A DNA stretch of 64,000 nt from Hormiphora californensis (Eukaryota; Animalia; Ctenophora): contig CM035360.1 in the NCBI GenBank assembly GCA_020137815.1, positions 5,580,001 through 5,644,000 on the forward strand, written 5' to 3'. The notes beneath the pieces are model-generated. The model worked only from the letters and a program-made list of their open reading frames with translations, searched no databases and was not told the DNA's origin. The position numbers and the translations under genes are program-made. Of the stretch, positions 35,081 to 53,886 are shown piece by piece; the first letter of the stretch is position 1; each line of letters begins with the position of its first letter.

Positions 35081-35508
35081 ATGGAACAATGGCGTGTCTG
35101 TGGACTCAGAGATATCGAGAACTTGCGCTTGCGTCTGCTTGGACAACATGTGGTTGCAAATAATCAAGATGGAAATCCCACGACCGAATCTCAGCCTGTT
35201 ACCGAATCTCAGCCTTCTGACCGTAGCAATGATTGCCCAGAAGAAACACCGGTTGTTGTACCGACAGATAAGGAAGTTTGTAGTCCAACTGCCAGTGAGC
35301 CTGTATCACAAGCCACAGAAAAACCATACTATACCCCTCCCTCCACCCCAGTACACACGTGCCCGGAACCTCAGAATAATAAAACACCCGAAAATCAGAA
35401 TTCCATAGCGAAAGACGGTAATTTAGGTGATCACAAAGACACACGAATTGAACTTTCCGATCTTGCAAAACAGTTTCTTTCCCTATCTGAGATAACTTTT
35501 GGTAAAAG
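35081..35508 (+). CDS. Upstream exon/ORF (MEQWRVCG..., P/T/S/E-rich) of or before the BTB gene
   Basis: Bounded by CTTCTCCCAG|GATG and AAAG|GTGAAC. It is duplicated at 31262-31686. Its frame relationship to the next exon is ambiguous. Confidence 0.45.
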
Positions 35509-35664
35509 GTGAACTAGTTGGTCCGATAGAAACATTATTATTAAATTCTGTAAACTGTATACCAAACTATTTTAATTGCATTTTTATCAAACACTTCAAA
35601 TTATTATTGAATTTAATTAATTCTGATTAAACTCCCCCATATTTTGTAGCTGATTAGAATCTAT

Positions 35665-38600
35665 ATGTCTGAAATGACTGAATCTTATCAGAGTTGTGAT
35701 GTGGATAATGAAGAATCATGTGAGTGTCTCTCTTCCATGTGATGAAGTCCCCCTTCCAATTCCATTGCCATCCCCCATTGTTGCCCTCTCATCATATAAT
35801 AATCTTCCAAACCTTCTCCCTCTTTTGCTTGGTGCTCCTCACCCTCTCTTTCCCTCATATCTCTCTCAGTCACCCTCATCCTCATATCTCTCTCAGTCAC
35901 CCTCTCCCTCATATCTCACTCAGTCACCCTCTCCCTCATATCTCACCCAGTCACCCTCTCCCTCATATCTCTCCCAGTCACCCTCACCCTCATATCTCTC
36001 TCAGTCACCCTCTCCCTCATATATTGTCCCCCAACAGCGTACACCTACACAAACTACAAGACAGAGAACCCCTCAAGAGAGGAGATACTAACTAAGTTCG
36101 AGAACAGGAGTGCATTTGCTCAGGATCTAAACTTATTATCAGGTAACAACTTTATCCATTCTTTCTATTTATCTCTCGAGCATTGATATAATATTCTTTC
36201 TCTCTTTTCAAGTCACCCTAAATTTATTTATTTATTGACAATAATCACAGGATTACCTGATTTGTGTGATATTATATTCCTGGTTGGAGAGGATAAGCAA
36301 CCGATCTGTGGAGTTAGAGCAATACTCGCCGCACGGAGCAGGTTAGATATTTATACAGAGACCATGGGAGGTCTGGGACTTTGGATCTTTTTGACAATGT
36401 TTCATCCAGTGTTTTTACAACCATTTAAAACAATGTGATGGTACAGAACCCCTCCTCCCTCCTCCCTCTTATACTAAATCTCCAATATTACAGGGTGTTT
36501 CGAAAGCAGCTGACAACACCAGTACCTCGGAGGTACTCTGTAAAAGACAACAAACACATGAAATCGGTAAATCAGAATCAGCTGAACTTAACCTCTATTT
36601 AAATCACTTTCTAAATCTCCCAGTTCTTTGTCTCACAAAAGACTAAATTCGCAGCGTGCTACATGATATTCCAGTTGACACGGCAACCATTCATCATACT
36701 ATCTCTCACTCTTCCTCTCAGAAAAGTAAGGTAGCCAGCACGATCGAGGTACCTGAGTTTGAGCCAAGTGTATTTAAACAGCTGATTGAGTATCTACACA
36801 CGGGTGTGTGTACTTTGCAGGTAAAACATTTCTCACTCGCAGCTGCTCCCCATATTGTGTAATTCTCCCCCAAATCTTCCCTCTACTTCGCTCGCTATTC
36901 TCAACTTATGTGCTCCCTTCTTCGCTGTACTCTTAACTAACGTGTGTACCGCCCAGCCGAGGACCTTGTTGGGCCTAATGAATGCAGCCGACCACTACGA
37001 CGTTGAGGAACTGAAACATGCCTGTATAAACTTTGTGGGTAGGTCTACAGCTACTTGTGGGGTGGCTAATATAATTTACATCAATGCAATGGTAATATCA
37101 AGTTCTGTAGTTTGTACTCAATATTTATAACCCCCTTCCTGTAGGGCAAAGTATCAGTACAGACACTGTGTGTCACATGTTATCCAATGCGGACCGTTAC
37201 ATCCAGTACAAATCTACCAAGGTAGGGCCATAATAATATCATCTCCAAATATGGTATAATCCATCAAGTTGCGTTCCAATACACCCGAAGTAGAGCCAGC
37301 CTCTTGTATCATTAGGGGATGTAAAAGATTAAATTTGACTGCCTTATATTTATTGTACGAGCTACAGCACTGGATTCATTCCTGATCCCTTGATTTAATT
37401 CAAATGAGGACTTTAAATAATTTTCGCTTTCCGTTTACGTGTGGTCTACTGTCACAAAAATCCTTACTCGGCTGCCATTTCAGCTTCAAAACATTTTTGT
37501 ATCTGAGGTAAAAAAAATAAACCGCGACAGAAAGTCCCCCCAAACTGCAAATAAACCATCAACCAAGTTTTGTACACTCCCGCCATTTCTTTAGTTGTTG
37601 TACGGCGCGGGGACTCCCGATCAACTATCATCGCGCGGGAGACTCCAAACCCATGCGCGCGCGATTGGTGCAACCATGATAGAGCGCTGGTAAGGAATCA
37701 GGTTAGCACCTTTCAAAGCTTTGTCTATAATCAATTAATTAAATGTTCCTGCAGGTAATACCATATTTCTTGGCAGGTGCTGATTCAAAAAGTGATGGAT
37801 TTTATAGACAGGAATGGCGATGAAGTTCTCAGTTTGCCATCTTTTTCAACTCTACCCCGACACGTTGTTCAGCTGATTATTTCCCGGGAAAGTCTGGCAG
37901 TTTCTGAGGTGAGGTGAGAGAGATAGATAGAGAGACAGAGACAGAGATAGAGATATAGAGATAAACAGCGATGAGAGAAGAGAAACAATATATATTTCGA
38001 ATCACTACTACATCACTACTACATCACTACTATATAACATTCCGCCGCAGATCAACAAGTTTATAGCGATCTACAATTGGAGCAAGGCTCTGTTTGACAA
38101 CATCCAAAGCTCATCAACCGCCCAGCCCCAGACTAAGGGTGAACCAGGTACCTCTCTTTTGTTGAGTGTGACGGAAGAGCAAGATCATTCAATTCCCCCG
38201 ACCCCTTCAACTTTTATTTTTCATCTTATTTTCATGATTCACTTTTCAGTAAATAAGGTTGTTCTGATGGATATAGTTGAGGGGTTTCTGGACTACATTC
38301 AGTTCCACAAGATTCCAATACCTTATCTCATGAACGAGGTTAGTTTCGTAGCGGCAGAGGGGGGGGGGGGGGCACAGGGGGTGCAACTAGACAGTGCTGG
38401 TGTGGTTACTAACCGAATCTGTTGAATTTTCAATTACACTCTAGGGAGCTGTCAGAGTATCGGCCTGGCAGCTGGGGAGTGGTGAAGTTTTTTCACACCA
38501 CGGCCCACGCTACTACCTCTAATTCCTCACCCCTTACTCAACAACTAATTCCTAGGTCCGTCAGAGTGGTGCCGTACCGGATAGTATCATCATGATGGCG

Positions 38601-38666
38601 GTGGCCTACCAGATGGACCCTGCATCTATTGATGTCTCCAAGTTCCATAGGTCTCACTCTCATTGA
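35665..38666 (+). CDS. BTB-BACK serine-enriched protein (Drosophila gprs-like), ~11 exons
   Basis: Exons read FENRSAFAQDLNLLSGLPDLCDIIFLVGEDKQPICGVRAILAARSRVF..EFEPSVFKQLIEYLHTGVCTLQPRTLLGLMNAADHYDVEELKHAC..YIQYKSTK..FHKIPIPYLMNEV..MAVAYQMDPASID..H*. Confidence 0.85.
35850..36022 (+). repeat. 27-bp CT-rich tandem repeat (CCTCATATCTCTCTCAGTCACCCTCTC) before an acceptor
   Basis: About 6 visible copies. It produces the spurious SPSPSYLSQ ORF. Confidence 0.85.
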
Positions 38667-40348
38667 GGTAATGAGAGAGGGAGAGCAGAGGGAGAGAGAG
38701 AGAGACAGAGGGAGAGAGATGGGTGAAATGGGGATAACTAAAGGCTCGGCAACAATACAACAAATTAGTAAAATTGTAAAGACCAGAACTGTCCTTGAAG
38801 TAATGGGGGGAAGATTACAGAGTTACAGACTAGTAGACCTAAATGATTTGGGGACGTCTAGTCTCCCCGCGGTGTTCCTAATAATGCCCTCTTTGGACAA
38901 AGGAAAGCAACTTTTCTCAAAACAATGGTGGAACCATAAGGTCTTCTTTCGGTCACTTTGAAGTACTTTTCATGGTCCTACTCGGCTCCACTGAATTTTG
39001 CTAAATATCAGAGGGAACTGCTTGGGTAACTAGAAAAAATGGGCGGGAGAAAGAATAATTTCATTAAAGACTGGCCCAGATTTAACATCCATTTAACTGA
39101 TTTACTGTTTCAGAGAGAAAAAGAGAGAGGTATTTGAGCAGTTGCAACGAGTAGTTGGTTCACGATGAAGATGGTTATATATGTGTGTTTACGGACAAAT
39201 AACATTCCCGCTGATTAACCGCTGAAATGCTGCCCTTCTCTTTAATAGCTAGCAACTGGTAAGCTGTTATAATAGTAGAAAATCTCTTTGCGATTCTTGT
39301 TTTCATGCCATGTCTTCATTATCTTTGCCATTTTCTGACTGAGCATAGTTGATTTAGATTATACCTCTTGTACATTTTACTAACTTGATCTTGCTACTTA
39401 TATTTTCTTTCATTAATATTTTTTGTCGTGTTGTCAAACTTCTCAACTCTAGGCGTCTGCAACAGTTTAGCTTGGTAACGAAATTACCCCTCTATCTCAT
39501 ATATCATGTGATTGGAAGTTAGGGGTAACTTCGCTACCAACAGTTTAGTTGGGTATGATATCCCTTTTTTTCTCCCCCTCCTGCGCTGTCCTCTCTCACG
39601 ATGTCCCAAAAAGAGAGGGGACATCATACCCAAACAGTTTAGCATCTAGTGTTTTGTGTCTAGGGAATACACCGCTGTCCTCTTGATGTTGCTGACCTTT
39701 CAATATTAACTAATCTGCATTTAATTCATTTTTTCATTGTTTTATTAATTTTGATTTTATTTTCTTATTGGAAAGACAAAACGATCACTTGTTATCACTC
39801 ATCCAATATTATATGCAGAACAAATATCTTTCCCTACAATACTTTGATTGTCTCAGTTATCCATAAACCTCTATCAACTAAAAATCAAGTTTCTAGAAAA
39901 TGATGTAATTTAAGCAGCTCTATCTGGCGCCACCTTCCCCCGTTTTGAATTCTCGGGTATTTCATATTATTCAGGGGTATTTAGCCACGCTCTTTGTAAT
40001 ACTACCGGTGATTCACCAATATTTGACCAATATTTCACCAATAGTTACCGATAGTTACCTAAGATAGTTACCTAAGATAGTTACCGATAGTTACCTTGTA
40101 TTGTCCTACGATCATCAACAAAGATGAATCATCACGCTAAAATAAAGTGACACTCCTATTCGAAGATTGCTTTCCCGCGTAGCCCCCCCCCCTTGAGTCG
40201 CCTGATACTGTGTTCGTATGGACAATTCAACCCCCCCCCCCCGGTAGACTGCGATTATCAGTAATTTGTAGCAGCTAGTTGATGACGTAAATATACTCTG
40301 CTTTCCTCTCCCTGTACAATGTGAACGTAGCACACCAAAATATACCGA

Positions 40349-40426
<78 letters not shown>

Positions 40427-41139
40427 AGCTTACACGATCAGGCGTTTCCGTACGCGTACTCAAACACATATACAACCGTAGACACAAGATGTATCACGTG
40501 ACTTACAGACACAAGACCACGTGACGTATGATATCTGAAGTACGGAAAAGTCGTTGTGTCAGCCCGTCAAACTCAGTGAGAGCTACCCGATTCAGTGATA
40601 TATAGACAGCGATATATATCAGTCACAATATCTCTCCGCTCCCCGACCGAGATGGTGTTGCCTTTAAATGTGTGAACTCGAAGATACTTTCTTTTAAAGA
40701 TAATCTTTATCCTTATAAGTTGAAAGTTACGTCTCCATAGTTTTCCCTTTTGATTTGTTTTCAGCAACTTGAATTATAACTATCAACTTGCCAACTTGTG
40801 TAGTTAAGTTGTGTAAGTTGGGATTGTTATGTTCTAACCCCCCCCCCCTTACATTTGTTTCGCTGTGTGGGATGAAACAGGATCGAGCAAGGCAAGGTTG
40901 GGTGGGGTAGCTTTTAGGGTTTTAAGTTTTCCTCGTTATTATTTTTTATTATTAGTAATCAGTCGAGGTTTTGTATTACCAAAGTGGTTTTTTACACATA
41001 CACATTGGGGAGGACGCGATCAGTTGTTTCCTTAAACAAATGCAGTGAGAAGATTCTCAAACACGCAGTACGATATAGTTTCCGCCCTCAACACTCCCTC
41101 CTCGGAGAGGGAGGGAGAGAGAGGGAAGGGGCAGAGAGA

Positions 41140-41226
<87 letters not shown>

Positions 41227-42516
41227 TGGGATAGAGAGAAATAAATTGGAGACCATCATCTTACCTCTTTTTTCAAATCCACCCCTTTATATTTTCGCTT
41301 TAATACTCCTATAACTTGACTATATGATAGTAGATTATTTATTAAAACCTAGAATTTATAAATTATAACTTTTAATTTATCTAGTGAGTCCTTTGCTTTG
41401 TTCGACCCTCGACAATTAGTCCTGCCCCTGCTGTGTTGATAAATGTTTTTATTTGCCGAATACGGGGAACCCTTCCTTTCATTCATATATCTCTCCTTCC
41501 CTCTCTCTCTCCCTCTCTCTCCTTCCCTCTCTCTCTATCTCTCTCAGTCACGCTCAATGTCGTACCAATCCCCTAGCTCGTGTAAGCCGAAACGCCCGTA
41601 CTCGTGATTACCTTATCTTCCGTAAGAGCAACCTTTTAACATTTAAAGCTAGTTGCCACGGATAAAAAATAATTTTTTAGAGAAGTGAATCACTTCTCTC
41701 CTGAGTGCTCCTGGCCTATATTTTTTATACATAATACATAAAATATAGAAGAATGCCTAGTTCGAGAAATGGTTAGGCGCCGTGAACTTATTTTTATCAA
41801 CCAAATCTGAAATCATCTCAATATCTCACTCTCAAATTATGTTATTACTTAACCTAGTCATAAGAATATTTATTAACGTAATATGAAAATACAGTCGGAC
41901 CCCGATTTACCGTGGTGCTCGGGGGAAGTGTTTTGTCTGATAAATCGGGGTCCGACTGCATGTATAGTGTATACTCCGTTAGCCCACTCTCTAGTTACTA
42001 GAGAGTGGGCTCACGGTGCTATCCACAATAGTTCAATAGATCACAAGTGTGGACATAGAGGATCACTTTAAAGGTCTGATTGCATATATTATGCTTCAAC
42101 CAGTGACGATTTTACATAAAGTTTCCACATATTATACTTATTCAAACTAATCTACTTTAGTTGAATCATGTTAGTGATATGTACCAACTTGATTCAATTT
42201 TTGTTAGCAACAACAGCAACTTTTAAATGAAAATATTCTTGAAAGTGCATCTAGCCTTGTCCATCACCCGACCACTTTACTTTTTTTCATTCTGTACCAC
42301 CTCCAAAAAGATAGGAATGAGAGAGAGAGGGCCAAATTTGATTAGCGAGTGGGATTTTTGTAATAAAATTTCTCTCACGGTCGACCTAAGGCGAATTCTC
42401 CGAAGCCAGTTTTTCCCCTTTCTGGCTTTATCAGCAAAAGTATACGAATTCAAAAATTTAATTTGTTAGGAATATTTTTTTTTGCAAAAGCAGTGATGCT
42501 AACTGCTAAGCATCTC

Positions 42517-42554
<38 letters not shown>

Positions 42555-42565
42555 CTCTCTCTCCC

Positions 42566-42653
<88 letters not shown>

Positions 42654-42657
42654 CATC

Positions 42658-42724
<67 letters not shown>

Positions 42725-44191
42725 TCACTCTCTCCTAAGACTCTCTATCTCCCTCCCCCGTCTCCCTCTCCCACATCCAATGGTTGATCAACAAACAAAG
42801 GCTACAATGATTCAAAATATCTAGCTCCGAAAAGCATTTCACGTTGCTTTTGCTACTTTATTATAACATCTCTTGTTTGGTTCCCGATACCTCTAATTCT
42901 GTTTCCGATACTTCTAATTTTGTTCTAATGCTTGAGAGACACCCTTTATATTGGTTATTGTTGCTTTCAGACTGACACACAACATGAACATTATTTATAC
43001 CTAATTATGGGCACCTCAAGCCTTCAGTGCGTTCGTGCAGGGAAATTACAAACCTCTCACACACCTAGGGGTCTGTTTCTGTGCAGCGAAATACCTAATT
43101 CAGTCATATTTTGGTGTGCTAGATTCATAGGAAAACAACCCCCCCCCCCCCCGAACCTTTTACTCGGTAAATCAAGGGCTCACATAATGTTTACTGGACA
43201 CCTAGTTGAGTACTAGATTCTAGACTCTCTTTCACACACACTCTCGCTCTTGAGACATTAGTATAAATTATTATGAATACATCACTACTTGACATTAATG
43301 AATAACTAAAATATTTAGTTTGTTTAATTGTTAGATGGGGTGTTGATCTATTATTATAGCAATTGAAGGTGCAGCTAATCTCGGGGGTGTAATGCCCTTG
43401 TATGGTCAAATCAGACGCGTCTTTGAAGTGGTCGATTGGATGGTGGTTAGGCGAGGAAATTCAAAGAAGCTGTATTAAGTATTTTGAATAAAAAGCTGTA
43501 TGACGAACCAGAGAAGCATGGGAGTGGTCGATATTTTTGAAGACGAAGATTTGTCAGCAATTAGTAGTTGGGAATTTTTTTCCGGATTCCATAAAATCCT
43601 CAAAAACTCACCAGTCTGCCAGCTAAACAGTTGAAGAATCGTGATCTCATAACAGGATTCATAATAACAAACAACTATCATGTTGTAGTTTGTTTAGTCA
43701 TTGTAGATTTCAGGAACCACTGTTCGTGTTCCAAACCTCAAGTTGTGAATTGGAGTCTGGATATCAAGCATGATTTCCCACAGGTGGAGATATCACCCTC
43801 TCCTGCCGCGGTGCAAGGAGCTAGTCCCAAAATGACGAAGTTTCTGGGGGCCAGTTTCTGCCAGTAATCCATTCCCTTTCACTCAGAGATCGACGTCTGG
43901 TGAAGGAGCGCTGCACTGTATACCTTATAGAACCTGTATAATTGTATGCTGGATCTAGGGGGCGTCGCATCCATCCACTATCCAGGAGTCAGGACACATA
44001 TGCCTCAGGAATCTGTCATGGCCAATTACATTTCTGAGATCGCACTGAGATTAGCAAGAAGGAGTTGTGTTGGATGTAAAAGAGCAGGTTCCCCATTAGT
44101 ACTCTTTCACTGGGTTCCCTGTTTATTAGGGTGGGAATGTTGTATTAATAAGTCAAGGATAGCAAATCTGGAAAAAAATGATGCTCTTTAA

Positions 44192-45582
44192 GGGTACGCT
44201 AACCAAAATTTTTTTTCGAGTGCAGGGAAATCTCTCGCCGTAGGGTTGTAGGCCATACCAAGGAGACCTCAAATATGCAATTTTAGCCCTTAAGTCGAAT
44301 TCATATTTTTGCTACAGCTGTTTAAAAAATGTCCTGAAAATACGTTATTGGCATCTCAAAATTTTTTTTTCAAAGATAGGAGCATGAAAATTTGGGGATT
44401 TGAAGAGGACATGAAGGTGAATAACCACAAAAAATTTTTTTGCAATCCGAGCTGATTTCCGGTCCTGAGATGGATTTCTTTTTTTCCACTTTAACGCCCT
44501 ATTTGGCAAAGTTCCGAAAACATGTGAAAGCTGTAAATTGGTGAAAAGTTGCGTCTAACGATTATCTAAGTGGCCATAAATTTTGGGCGTGTCCTTATTT
44601 GAGATAAGCTGTACGGAGTTTTTTTTTGTGAAAGCCGTCATTTCAGAAATAAATAAATTCCCTGTATCTCAAAAACGGCTGATCTTAGAGACCTGAGACT
44701 ATGCTTAAACGATTCAGAAGGTCCGATTTTGGGGGGGTCTTCTGAGAGATATTTTGCTCCTACTTCAACCGTTTTTGCTGTAATTGCGAAAAACAATAAC
44801 CCATCTTCGCCATCGTGGATTTTTTGTGATTTTGTTTTTGATGATTATAGGGACCCATATGGACCAAATAGTGAAGGAATTAGCTTGTTAAACATTTTTC
44901 CATAGTTTCGGTCCTTTCTTAGCTAAAATTCCCTAATTACAGGATATTGGAGTTTAGCTTTTGCCCTTTTCATAGAATTTGTTTTTCGCAATTACAGCAA
45001 AAACGGTTGAAGTAGGAGCAAAATGTCTCTCAGAAGACCCCCCCAAAATCGGACCTTCTGAATCGTTTAAGCATAGTCTCAGGTCTCTACGATCAGCCGT
45101 TTTTGAGATACAGGGAATTTATTTATTTCTGAAATGACGGCTTTCACAAAAAAAACTCCGTACAGCTTATCTCAAATAAGGACACGCCCAAAATTTATGG
45201 CCACTTAGATAATCGTTAGACGCAACTTTTCACCAATTTACAGCTTTCACATGTTTTCGGAACTTTGCCAAATAGGGCGTTAAAGTGGAAAAAAAGAAAT
45301 CCATCTCAGGACCGGAAATCAGCTCGGATTGCAAAAAAATTTTTTGTGGTTGTTCACCTTCATGTCCTCTTCAAATCCCCAAATTTTCATGCTCCTATCT
45401 TTAAAAAAAATTTTTTGAGATGCCAAAAACTTATTTTCAGTTCATTTTTCAAGCAGCTGTAGCAACAATATGAATTCGACTTGAGAGCTCAAATTGCATA
45501 TTTGAGGTCTCCTTGGCATGGCCTACAACCCTACGGTGAGAGATTTCCCTGCACTCGAAAAAAAATTTTGGTTAGCGTACCC
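44192..45582. mobile_element. Second copy of the TTAA foldback element, inverted relative to 8268-9657
   Basis: Ends are TTAA|GGGTACGCTAACC and GGTTAGCGTACCC|TTAA. The spacer and arm-specific variants are the reverse complement of copy 1. Confidence 0.92.
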
Positions 45583-45908
45583 TTAATTGGTCCAAATCCA
45601 ATTAGCTGATATGTGTTCCAAGATTATTTTGTAAACTTGGGATTGTACTACACAGCAATGAAAGACTAGAGCAAGGGCAAGGTTGTAGAGATAAATGAAA
45701 AGTGACTGAGATTTTTGGGGGTGATATGAAACCTCCCCCTCTCCGTTAGTTTCCTGGAATATCACTCCATTTCGATTTCTTGGAATTGCAGTGAGCTGTG
45801 CTCCCCTCCTTGTCGATTATTCTAAATATGGGGTTACCAAGTCCTTTGAGGTGATTCGACGTGGGTAGATGGGGGTAGATTAAACAACTGTATGCACAGA
45901 CAATTTTT

Positions 45909-46545
45909 AAGAGAAGAGAAGAGAAGAGAAGAGAAGAGAAGAGAAGAGAAGAGAAGAGAAGAGAAGAGGAAGAGAAGAGAAGAGAAGAGAAGAGAAGAGA
46001 AGAGAAGAGAAGAGAAGAGAAGAGAAGAGAAGAGAAGAGAAGAGAAGAGAAGAGAAGAGAAGAGAAGAGAAGAGAAGAGAAGAGTCAAGAGAAGAGTCAA
46101 GAGAAGAGTCAAGAGAAGAGTCAAGAGAAGAGTCAAGAGAAGAGTCAAGAGAAGAGTCAAGAGAAGAGTCAAGAGAAGAGTCAAGAGAAGAGTCAAGAGA
46201 AGAGTCAAGAGAAGAGTCAAGAGAAGAGTCAAGAGAAGAGTCAAGAGAAGAGTCAAGAGAAGAGTCAAGAGAAGAGTCAAGAGAAGAGTCAAGAGAAGAG
46301 TCAAGAGAAGAGTCAAGAGAAGAGTCAAGAGAAGAGTCAAGAGAAGAGTCAAGAGAAGAGTCAAGAGAAGAGTCAAGAGAAGAGTCAAGAGAAGAGTCAA
46401 GAGAAGAGAAGAGTCAAGAGAAGAGAAGAGTCAAGAGAAGAGTCAAGAGAAGAGTCAAGAGAAGAGTCAATAGAAGAGTCAAGAGAAGAGTCAAGAGAAG
46501 AGAAGAGTCAAGAAAAGAGTCAAGAAAAGAGTCAACAGAAGAGAA
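45909..46545. repeat. Compound satellite: (GAAGA)n then (GAAGAGTCAAGA)n
   Basis: Directly visible 5-mer array switching to a 12-mer array at ~46080. Confidence 0.95.
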
Positions 46546-47269
46546 GTGTAGTATATTTCATGATCATGGACGTGGGTTTATTCAAGAACTCGTCAATTAT
46601 AGCTCTCAGAACAGTGGCCTGACCCTATTCTCATTTCTTCAACGATACTGGCAAGTTTCATGATATGATCTCAAGGTCCAGGAAAAAATTTTGCTAGTAC
46701 TTCCGATGCCATAAACAAACTTTCCGGAATACACATTACTGGGCCACCAAGAATTTCTGTCATCGTGCTGACCCTTCCCCACACAAGGAGAGTGTTCAGA
46801 CATCGCTCTGACAGAGGAACCTTGATTCAGTCAATAAGGGTGCTATTCCAAGTATGGAGTTTCATGAGCTAATCTTGTCAATCTATAATTTCTGGGCAAA
46901 TCCAGTTCTACGAGTGCGCTCAGATCCAGACGGCTAGACGATTGAAGAGATGGCAGATCATCTACACTGTGCAATGTGCATATAATATCATTGTTAACAG
47001 TGCATATAATATATCAATGGTCAATGTTCCAATACATACAATTAATTGATAGGTTACTAATTACCATAAGTTTGGGTGGTAAGCAAGGGCAAGGGCTTCA
47101 AAGGATAAAAGTAAAAGGGAAGGTATGAGCTACCACTCTCTCGCTCTCTCACCCCGTTAGTTTCCTGGAAATCCTGGCCATTTCTATTTCTTGGAATTGC
47201 AGTGAGCTCTGCTGTTGAGAATCGCCTAGCAGGTCGATTATACTGAATATGGAGTGAGTATATTGCAGC

Positions 47270-47329
<60 letters not shown>

Positions 47330-47933
47330 TTCTCTCTCTCTCTCTCACTCTTTCTTTCGCTTTCTTTTTCCTTCTCCTTCTATCTCTCCCACTCTATCTC
47401 CCTCCCTCTCTCCCTCCCTCCCTCTCTCTCTCCCACGCTCAGTCTGATTGCTCGGGATGATAAGAAAATTCAAAATAATAATACTTTCATCCGGGTTATG
47501 AGGGTCTGTAGATAAATAGTCCCGTGCTCCTCTCCAGGAGGGCCCGAATGAGCTAGAAGGAATATTTACTTACTACCATAAATTGTGTAGAACAATGAAC
47601 GAACCACGTCATTAAATGAACACAAAAAAACAGACAAACATACTCACAACAAACAACAAATACTTATTTTGTACTTGCCTCATTGATAATCAATTTGATT
47701 AAGCTAATTGTAGTATTATCTCTTATTCTAAATACTAAGTAAAATTACATCTTGTTTCGTTAAATTATCAGATTCAGATCTAACCCACCGACAAGCCCAA
47801 CTAACCACCTCCCTCCCCTCCTCCTGTCTAGGGCTGTATCACGATCCCACTGACAACCCCAACTAACCACCTCCCTCCCTTCCTCCTGTCTAGGGCTGTA
47901 TCACGATCACCACGTACACACACGTGTCACAGA

Positions 47934-52476
<4,543 letters not shown>

Positions 52477-53886
52477 CAGGGGATCAGTCTGTCAGAGCAT
52501 TGGCCTGACAAGGATCAGTTGGAAGTCTGCCAGAAGAAGGGGAACCGACTCGCTGTAGGGTGAGGACAGCGGTTGTTGCCCTACATTTGCAATAACTGCG
52601 GTTAAATTACAGTTAACTAAAGATAGACTTTACTTTTACTGGGATTAAACAAATTGAGAGAGACAAAAAATAATTATCATATCGATAGATATACTGTTTT
52701 GTTCTCCAAGTTTATTGATTGCTATTACAGGCCGTTGATCAGTCTGGTAGTGTTTATTTGTCGGTATTGATTTTAAGTTTTGTGAACTATTTTAGAGATG
52801 AAATGTGTGCGAACGATATAAATCCGTTAACGCACGTACATATTTTAGATCCAGAAAATGTGTCAATATTTTCGAAAACAATTTTACGCAATCAGGTGTT
52901 TTTAATTTGAAGCAAGTGGAAGAAAAGTGGAAGGGGAGCCGGCTACCGCCTGAAATAGAAGTCTTACCTGTAATCGAACGCCGCGCGGCACCTTACTTTA
53001 TTATCGCGCGCGCAAAATTTTAACTTCAAAATTGTGAAATTTCGCCTCATTTTTTAGATTTGTTTTTTAAATTTTTTAAAATTTTGTTTAAAAACAGCAT
53101 TCCGACAATAACCGCGTTCCATGATGGATACGAGGGTACTCAGTACTCTCGACACTCCGGCGAAGGAAGGAAGACTGTGTACACAATTTAAGTTTTCGAG
53201 AGGCTCGATTCTCGAAGGATTTCAGTGCGAAGAATGGGGCTAAGAAAAGCAGTGCCGGTATGGACTCCAGGGGGCAGGGCCTACTTTTTCGGGTGAAGAA
53301 ACTAGCTAAAAGCCTTCTAGCTGGCCTCAAAAAAGCTAAAGCCGCCGCATGGCTTTTAATTTTTGATTCCGGATCCAGTGAGCCCCACGTTAAATTTTTG
53401 GTAGCGGTGGATCCACCGGGTCGCGGATGAAAGCTGTGCACCGCCCCTGATATATCATATACAGTCGAACCCCGATTTACCGGGCCCCGATTTACTGGAA
53501 CCCCGATTTACCGGGCAAAACCCTTTCCCCGGAGCATCCCGGTAAATCGGGGTCCGACTGTACCTTTGAAAATAGTGCTGACTACATGACTGTAGTTTGT
53601 CGTCATAAATGAAGGACGTAGAGTTTGATAAACAAGTTTTAAAATAAATAAAGTGGGTCTCTTATATTCTACTTAAAATAACGAATTATCTTATTTCACT
53701 AGGTCAAGTCGTTGAAAATGGCAATTAATTACTACACATAAAACTTGGTTAAACCCATAAATAATCACAATTAAATTCCAGTCTTTTAAAGTTTCAAAGT
53801 TGTCACTGTGTCACCGTCTGGCTACGGGGGAGGTGCCAACCTTCAGGGGAGATACAATGTTCTGACGTGATGAGGAGAAATGAGAG

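Larger units (their letters stand above)
30321..35630 (+). repeat. Tandem duplication of a ~1.3-1.45-kb unit (copy 1: 30321-31790; copy 2: 31813-32095 plus 34615-35630)
   Basis: The two copies are near-identical and include the MEQWRVCGLRDIENLRLRLL exon. Copy 1 becomes deletion-rich at its 3' end. This may be two haplotypes joined by the assembler. Confidence 0.9.

Noticed and set aside
30321-35630. Duplicated unit as an SL-RNA or other ncRNA gene array targeted by CRE
   Set aside because: There are only two copies, the unit contains a coding-like exon, and no RNA gene is evident at the insertion site. It may be a haplotype-merge artefact.
40494-40530. CACGTGAC E-boxes and TGACGT as a promoter
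   Set aside because: Short motifs with no linked transcription start that can be supported from sequence alone.
43420-44150. Possible decayed LINE endonuclease on the minus strand (AISE..-like motif)
   Set aside because: Many stops and only a marginal motif match.
45834-46473. 188-aa and 193-aa ORFs (LLTL / RRVK repeats)
   Set aside because: They are translations of the simple satellite.
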